A stretch of 64,000 nucleotides of DNA from Hormiphora californensis (taxonomy: Eukaryota > Animalia > Ctenophora): contig CM035352.1 of NCBI GenBank assembly GCA_020137815.1, positions 7,068,001 through 7,132,000 of the forward strand. Reading direction: 5' to 3'. A program made the position numbers and the translations under genes. Positions within the stretch are counted from its first letter, which is position 1, and the number at the start of each line of letters is the position of its first letter. Positions 11,401 to 20,400 of this stretch are shown piece by piece. The notes beneath the pieces are model-generated. The model was not told the origin of the DNA and searched no databases. It saw nothing but the letters and a program-made list of their open reading frames with translations.

Positions 11401-14400
11401 CCTAGAACCTAAAGATTCCTGGCTACCTACGTCAGACACGCAGCAAATATATACCGCGTGAGAGAGAACTAGTAGCTCTTGTTGAATACTATCGCTCGTT
11501 GAATGTAAAACTAAATCAACACGAAACGACTGGCTGCATCTTCCTGATGCAGCCAGTCAACCATCAACCCCCAGCAGCTAGGGGAAACAAGGTAAGGAAG
11601 TTAAAACCAGGAGAACTAAAGAAACAAGTGGAAGTACGCCCAGAAAGGTTGTCCTCAGATGAAGAGAATAAAGCCGAAAGCCAAACAGCACTGACAGTCA
11701 TAGTAATGAACTAATCGCAAAGCATAACGCTGAGAGTTCAATGATTGAATAATAAAATTATCGAATTTATAGAAATATAGAACGGGTTTTGAGTTCCTAT
11801 CATCTCCAATCCAGCTCCCTTTGTAACATGAGACTGGCTAGTCAAATATAAATTCCATAAATTACCAGGTTGTGTGTGTGTTGTAATCTCTTGCAGTCAG
11901 CTGTACACTACTATTATTATACCAATGCCACCTTGTTAATTCTGTCCTGCCTTTCTCGAGTTTTATCGACAAAAGCTTGATTTTAGTCTAGTTATGATCT
12001 ATATAGATCTCTCTATCTTGTTATCGCCCGCTTCCGCCTCCATATATATTTAAGGGGGAGTTTTGCATGATTATTAGCTGATTTGAAGACCTGATAACAT
12101 TGGTTATGTAATAATATATTATGACGGCCACCTAGTAACGGGTTACCAGCGGTGATTGCGAGAGAGAATATTTTGTATGATACCTATATCAGATTTAATA
12201 TTATCCGGCTTTATTCAGATTCAGTATATTCGACAGTCAATAATTGTGACACGTATACTGTTTCAGAGAGCTCCTTGTGTTCCTTCAAGCGGTTAAATCA
12301 CTAGGATATGTATATGACGTGTTTCTGACGTAGGCTTGTCAGGAATATGTAGGTGCTAGGTCACCCATCTATCCTTCTATTTTACTTTCCCACTGTCTTA
12401 TCTGGAGAAATATATCGAATTTCTCCAAGGTATGACTCGCATATTGTTTTCCCATAGCTCGAAGCTTTAAATTCTACTCACAATGCTATTTTGCATCGCC
12501 TTATTTTCAAAATTATGAGATTCACATATATTCAGGAGCATAATGTATTTCGGTTTTTAGATTTTTCATCGTTTTATCATTCACCGTACTGACGGAATTA
12601 TTATCCAGGATTGTCAATATGTTACCCTGGTTCTTCCTAGCCCTTGTGGTACCAACCTCAACTGATGGTTCATTCCCAGATTGTACCGACCCCTCTACCT
12701 ACACCGTGTACACCAAATCAACACAATACAAAGGGCTCCACAACACTGTGTCCTATGACGATGACAACAGCTTCACAGGCTGCACCTTGGATCACGATTG
12801 GAACAAAACCTCCATTGAAAATATAACATGTGGCGACTGCGACTTTGAGGACAGTCCGTCGGACGTGTGGATACGGTATCCGGAACCTTTCTCCAGTATT
12901 TTTGAATTTGGTCCACATGTTTGTGAGAACAGCACACAATGGCCACCGGTTGAATCTTGTAACGGGTATAGCCAGCTAGCCTTGGCCAGGAATAACAGCC
13001 TCGTTAGCGATGATTCCCGGTGTGTGCACTTTAATCTTGTCCGGCTAAATATCCCCATACCCAAGGATAGGCCCAAGGATAACACATGCCAAATTCTAGA
13101 CGACACGGTCCTAATTGAACGGTATGATTGTGACTCGTTTTTCCTGTACAAGATGCCGAATGATTTCTTTAAGGCAACCTTCTTCTGCTACCAAAGAACT
13201 GTCATAAAAGATGTATTTTCTATCCGAAAGTACAGCTTCTGTATGGTTGATCGTCAGCTCACTCCCAGGGTCGTCACACAGGATCGGCTATATTACAGCG
13301 GGAGGGTTGATGTTAACCTGACGTGTGTGACTGAGAACTCTCCACTTCCACCGGAGTCGGCAAGCTGGTCAAACCTCCCAGCAGGTTCTATCATCACAAC
13401 CAACCCGGTCCGACCGACTCCAACACGACGCGAAACCATGGTTACCATTCCCCGCACCAACACCAGCTCCGTAACTTGTTCCTATGGTGACTCATCGGCA
13501 ACCTTCTACCGTTTCACCATGTCAACCTACGGACGGACCTTTAACTCCACCCACGACAATCTACAGGTATGTGTTGTACAGACACTGCCTCACAACCAAC
13601 TCTCCAATGACCTGATGTTGGAAGACCCGGATGGGAAGTTGTACACCAACTCCACCATGCACACCCGGGGAGGCGGCGACGAAATGTCGGTGTGGAGCGC
13701 TCATAAAGGGGAGTTTAGTGTCTCTCTCCGGTTCTCTAAGGAAAGCCTGAAAGGCATGGTGGTCCACAGCACGGCCTCCTGGCATTGTGTTTTATGGGAT
13801 CCCGTCCTGAAAGCTGAGGTGTGGAGGCGGAAGTTCACAGTTCACCGTGAGCAAGGTCCTGATAATACCGTGATTTATGTAATAGCTGGATGTGCAGGTA
13901 GTCTTGTGCTGGTCGCAGCTATTGCCCTGGGGGTCTGGCTTCAGAGACGAAGCTCCTCCAGGATGACTATTTCTAATCCAGGAACTGTGCGGGAACATGT
14001 CACTAACAGTTCATGCCGGATGGGAAAACCAAAATCATAAGTCGACAATTATTCGGGATAAAAAGTGTGGCGTGTGCGAATAGAATAGATATAGATCACA
14101 GACTATGAGAGGGATATTGTTTTTGTACTACTACCGAGTAGTTTTCTTTACACACAGTGTGTGATGTGTAGGTTTTCAGAAATGATTGTAATATGTCTGA
14201 CGACGCCGGACCCCGTTTTGATTCTATAATCGTTAGTGAGGTCGTAACAATTAGGGATGGAAAGTGCTGACTCTAAAGAAAACTGGTTTCTGTAACAATC
14301 CCTTCAGTAGTCCATTCTTCGATCCAAGAAATCAGAGTTAACCCCCCCACCTCATCTCCCCTTATTGTAGTATATATCCAAAGATATGGCTGTGCATTGG

Positions 14401-17400
14401 GACTCGTTTATCTGTGTGATTTTATTAGATATTCAGTTTGATTGAAAATGTCATTGTAAAATTTTGAGATATAATATAATTCTTTAGGTAGCACTGCTTG
14501 TACAACTTATAACACTGGGCAGTGTTATAAGTTTTCACTTATAACACCCCCCAGTGGTATAAGTTTTCACTTATAACACCCCCCAGTGATACATGAAAAC
14601 TTGTAACACTGCTGCACTTCGAACTCCTTACTCCACTGTTTCTGTCACACTTAAAAACCGTTGGAAAGATAAACGTGTACGAACTCCCTCTCTCTCTCTC
14701 TCTTTCTTTATGTCACACTCTCACGCCGTTGCAGCACCGAGATCAAGATAACGGTTACGAACTCCCGGACCCACACATTCTTTATCTCTCTCACTCTACG
14801 GTGGTAGAACGCACTCTCTTTACCTATCTCAGGCGTTATCTTATCTTATACTGATTTCTCTGCCTGCTACCTTATCATGAATTTGTTCTATTGTTACGCC
14901 CTAAAGTGTCTCTCACTCTTGTTTAAAAAATTTTACAATGCAATTTTATTATGCCTGTTTTCGTTGTACCTGACGTCAACAATAATGTCCCAGATTCGTA
15001 CACTTTTAGACCTCGCAGGCTCGGTCAAAAAGTAAAACTACATCACTCGCAGGCTCGTGAGGTAGTTACACTTAGTGGCACTCGCAGGCTCGTGCACTAA
15101 AGTACAAGAATCTGCCTCGACCTGTGGTCTCGGATCATTATTGTTGCACTTATAACACTCGACCTTCGGTCTCGTGTTATAAGTTTTCAGGTACAACTTA
15201 TAGGCATAATAAAATCCTACATTGTATTGTCGAGACTTTTTTGTTGTTGTTTTAACCACCGTCTTTTCAAACGTACAACCCCTTTAAATATCACAGCCAC
15301 AGACACCTAAAATAAAATATATTAAAGCTCCGTTTTAACCTGCTTGAAGGGCGAGCATAAGTCCGAGGCGATTTGTTGCACTAAAGACCGACTGTGTAGC
15401 ATGGAAAGTAACCGCCAGCAGCCTTCTATGAGACCACCCTCAGATAGAACATTCTCTCTCCCAATCACCGCTGGTTACCCGTTACTAGGTAACCAATCAC
15501 CGCTGGTAACCCGTTACTAGGTAACCCGTCACCGCTGGTAACCCGTTACTAGGTAACCTGTCACCGCTGGTAACCCGTTACTAGGTAACCCGTCACCGCT
15601 GGTAACCCGTTACTAGGAGACCGTCAAAGATGATGGGAATGAATAAATTTGTAATGTAATGAGGTCTCCAAATCAGCTAATAGTGAATACCCCTACGATG
15701 GGGCCAGACGGAAGCGGGTGATAACAAGATAGAGAGATAGAAAAAGATATAGAGAGACTAAAAGCAAGATAAAGTCGAATTTTTTAATCAAGGGACAGGG
15801 GGCCGCACATTCAGAGGGGTCGCGCGGCTTTGTATTTGCGCGTGATAATCGAGATCAAGTTCCCGGCAATCTTAAGACTTGAACCCGGAAGCGTTGGAAA
15901 GATAATTTTAAGACCTTTTCAACGCAACCAAGACCAAGTCTTTATCTTATCAGGAACAGGAGATATGAGCGAAGATGTTTAGCACGCGCAAAAAGACTTT
16001 TGTAAATGCGTGGCCCCTGTCCCTTGATTAAAAAATTCGACTATAAAGGCAAGCTTTTGTTGATAAAACATGAGAAAGGCAGAACAGAAGTAACGTCCAA
16101 CAAGGTAGCAGTTGGTATAATAATAGTAGTGTACTATCTGAGTGGTTATAACACACAGCCGCATACAGCTTGATAAATTTATGGAATTCATATTCATATA
16201 TTTGTCTAGTCAGTCTCATGTTACATGCTAGTGCTACAAAGGGAGCTAGCTCGAGCTGGAGATGATAGGAACTCAAAACCCGTTCTAATTCTATTATTCA
16301 TTGTACTCTCGGGGGGGGGGGGGGGGGGGCGCTTTATGCTTTGCAATTAGTTATTTAATTGCTTGATTTCGTGCTGCTGTTTTGGGATTTATGCCTGGCA
16401 CTTCGTGCTGAATTAGTTTTGTATTCAACTGGTGATAGTTTGCTTTAGGATTGTCAATATGTCACCCTGGTTCTTCCTAACCCTTGTGGTACCAACCCGA
16501 ACTGATGGTTCCTTCCCAGATTGTACCGACCCCTCTACCTACACCGTGTACACCAAATCAACCAGATACAAAGGGCTCCACAACACAGTGTCCTATGACA
16601 GCACACACGACCAGGAACACTGTACCCTATACCGGGGCAACTGGACTGAAGACAAAACATCTGATCAACTATCCTGTGGGGATTGTGATTTCGAGAACTT
16701 GCCACCCGAAACTTGGGTTCGATTCCCGGGATTTTTCTCAGAGATTATAACAGTGTCAAGTGATCCGAAGTGTACCATTCCCTGCCAGAGAGAGTTCGGA
16801 GCTGAGAAGGAGAATGTGTCGATATGTGATCCCATCCCACCACCCGGATCATGTAACGGGTTCGGCCAAATAGTTCTCACACCACACCACAGTGGCGATG
16901 GGAGTTTCAATATTGTCCTGTTCGAGGCCTTCTTTAAGTTTACAACCCACACTAGCGAGTGTATCTGGAAAAACACAACAGACATTGTCAGTCGAGTTGT
17001 ATCTCACGACTGTGGTGATTTTACCCTGTATAAGATACCCATCGACTGGAGAGAGTTAGCAACACACTGCCATGCTCTGTCTCAGACAGGAGATCGCGTG
17101 ACAGGGAGTAACATGGAGGAACATTGGACTCCCATGTCTCTATGTCTTGAGGAGAGATCAACAGCACAGCAGAACGGTGGGGCTGTTGTTTATATAGCCC
17201 TCTCAGTTGTACTGGTAGTGGTTGCTGTGGTCCTGTTGTTTATAAAACATTTTGGATTGCCAAGTTGTTCCAGGAGTAGGTTGGCTGTCGAGCCAATTGT
17301 AATTAATGAGGAGATGGCGATACAAGATGGAGGTCATCAGGTTTTGGAGGGAGAATGGGGTGACAGACAGGGTGGGGGGCAAACTCAGATGGAGGGAGAA

Positions 17401-20400
17401 AGGGGTGATGGTGATGGACAAAGGGCCCCACAGGTTGATGGATGTATTGAAGTAGCTGCTACTTCGGGTGAGGAAGAAAGAGGCCCAAAAATGGGAAGGA
17501 GCGGTCGGATTAGTGTCAATAGTACCTCATGACAAAAAGATTGCTAGAGTTAGCTGCTGATCACTCGATCATTCTTCTATCACTGATAGGACACGTCTTT
17601 ATGACACAATCAACCCATTGTCAATCAGTCTTTAGTGCAATGGGTCATATATGTCCTGTGGTCCTCAAAGGGTTAACTGTGGCCCAAAGTGGCCCTTAAA
17701 AATGTTCAACATACCGCTGACAAAGTGCCCCCAGAAATCTTTGTCTATACGACAATACATTTTGAGGTCCCCCTGCATACCTGAGGTCACGATGACAGAG
17801 TGACACTTCTCACTCAGAGGTTTGAACACCACCGCAGGGTTCAGACAAGATAGCGACAGGGTCAGTCCAATTATCCTCTTGTTCCTACTACCTCGTCCAC
17901 CGTGTGGATCTTCAATGAACAACGGCGACTTCTTTACCTGAAGACAATTGATGTGTTTGTGAGCGGGAATGGAATGAGAACTACACCCTCAAATAATTCT
18001 ATATGTGTTTGTGCTAAGTTGAGCACTGATAGACGATGCAATGGAGATTGATTAAATACAATGAGTACTTACACAGAGAGTAAATGAATTTGGATGTCGT
18101 TGTAATATCTTGTAAGTCAGTATAAACTTCTCAACAACAATCAGCGAGCTCGTTTTAGGTCTCGGTGCTTTAATTGATTTCTCGTTCTTTGGTTTCCCCT
18201 TGTCTTCCTCTATCTCGGCGAATATGGACGCTATCCATCCCCCAAGTTGGTCCACATAGTCGTTCGTTATTCCGATAGCCTAGCAAGATAAAACGTGTGT
18301 AGGTGTGAAATTCAGAGTTACCATGGTAACATGAATATTTCAAACTTTCTCGACAAACAGTGTCAAGTTACATGGAGTTGTCGCAAGCACGATACCCCAT
18401 CCAGACTGTAGTGGCTATGCTCAAAATAGTCCTTGATCAGCCTGCTCTCAAAGCTGGTGGCAAAGTCTCGAAGTTGAACCAGGAACGATTTGATAGCATT
18501 GAGTTCAGTGTACTTTGGAACACATCTGTTGGGATGGAAGGAGATCAAATTTAATCTTTATCTCTCTATCCTTCAGATAGTTTCTTATCGACATCTCTAT
18601 TAGTCTAACAATATCACTCCATCACCCCATCTCTCTATCTCTCTATCTAACAATATCTCTCTCCCTCTCAATTACCCTCCGGATGGGTCAGCTCCGTAAG
18701 TTTCAAAGAAATTTTGTTGGTTTTTGAAGCACTTATCCACATCATCGATCGCTTCTCCGATTTCAAACTGTGTAGCATCAAAACCTGCCGAGCTACGACA
18801 CACATCCTCAATGTTGTGACCTTCATCAAATATGGCGATGTGACCGTTTAGGTCGAGCTTCCGTTGAGAAACGATGAGCGGGTCCAAGATGTAGTTGTAG
18901 GGTGCAAATACAATGTCTGCACCAGTTGCCAAATCCAACTGGGGGGGGGGGGGGTATTTGTAGGGATTATTGCAACTGTTTTTGTGCAAAACAGGGAATC
19001 ACGAATATGAACTACAAGTTTGAAATTTGTAAAGCTGAGTGGGAAAGAAAGGGATACATGATAATTAACTCAATTAACTAATTACCGAGGAATAGTAGGG
19101 GCACCCAATAACATCTCGTCCCATTCTTGCCAGTTCCTCCACGTCCCATGCATGGTCCAGAACCTGTGCTGCAACTGTCAACTTCCTTTGGTTACTGTAA
19201 TACACACACCCACACGGATCTGCAATTAGGGAAATGAAGTCATCATTAACAAATCATGGATTAGTCATACAAGTTACGATATCTTTCGAATCAATATCCC
19301 AAAATAGCTTGTGTTCTACTAATACGGCAGTGGTACCAAGGGAATGTATGATAGGGTCTGGAAAAGACTAAGAAAATGAAAGTGAATTGTGACAGGTGAC
19401 TTACTCTCGGATCGCAGATCGTTACATTTTTCGTTTTTGTTTGAGTTTGTCTGCAGATCTGGATTGACACAGGAGTGTTCTCTGCTCGATAAGATGGACA
19501 TTTTCACCTGGAAAAAGAAAGGGGTGAGTATCAAGATGATTGATTGAGATTGAACACGGTAATGCATTATCTTGTTGAGAAAATAAAGTCGATTGTCTAG
19601 CGCTGGAATTGTCACTAGAAGCTACTCAATTTGTAGTAATTAACTTATAATATAATTGGTAATTAGTAATTACAGACAACACGAACTTGACACAGAAGAT
19701 GGTTTTCCGAACAATTTGTGTTTTCCCACGGTGTGTGTTTGCGCGCTAAAAATCACCAAACTGCGCGAGATTCTTATCCTCTCAAGCATCGCGCGTTACA
19801 ACATTGAGGAATGCTGGACGTGAAAACAGGTCCAGCACCATAATCTCATGTGATTGAACATCATGCATCATCAATGATTGAGCATCATCAATGATTCTGG
19901 ATTGATTCAATGATTCAGGCAATACATTTATCAATTTAGTTTACCTTTTTAAAGTCCGTTTTGTTTAACTCCCTGACAATTTGAGCGATTTGCTTGTGGG
20001 TCCGGGTACAAAAGTATATCTTCGGTACCTTATCCCTGTCCCTGTCGCAGGTACATTCTGTACCGGATGAAGACCCACTCTTGGCAGCAGAGGAGGATGT
20101 ACCAGCTGTTGTGGCGGTGGGAGACTGCTCGAGTTCTACAAAAATGGGAATGATAAGTCGTATGACCAACCCTAATCCCAACAACTACCTGAGTGCGGAC
20201 ACAGTGGCAAGCGACCGAAAATATACAAACTTACTTTTGAGTTTTTCTTTCACGTATGCAGCATCAGCATCCGTCTCATTAGTTCCACCCTCTAAAACAG
20301 TGATTGATTAAGTTAAGGAATTCTACATACTAGTCTATTTAATTCAAGCAGATTGCAGAAAAATAAATTTAAGTGAGATACATGAACTATGAACGTTTGT

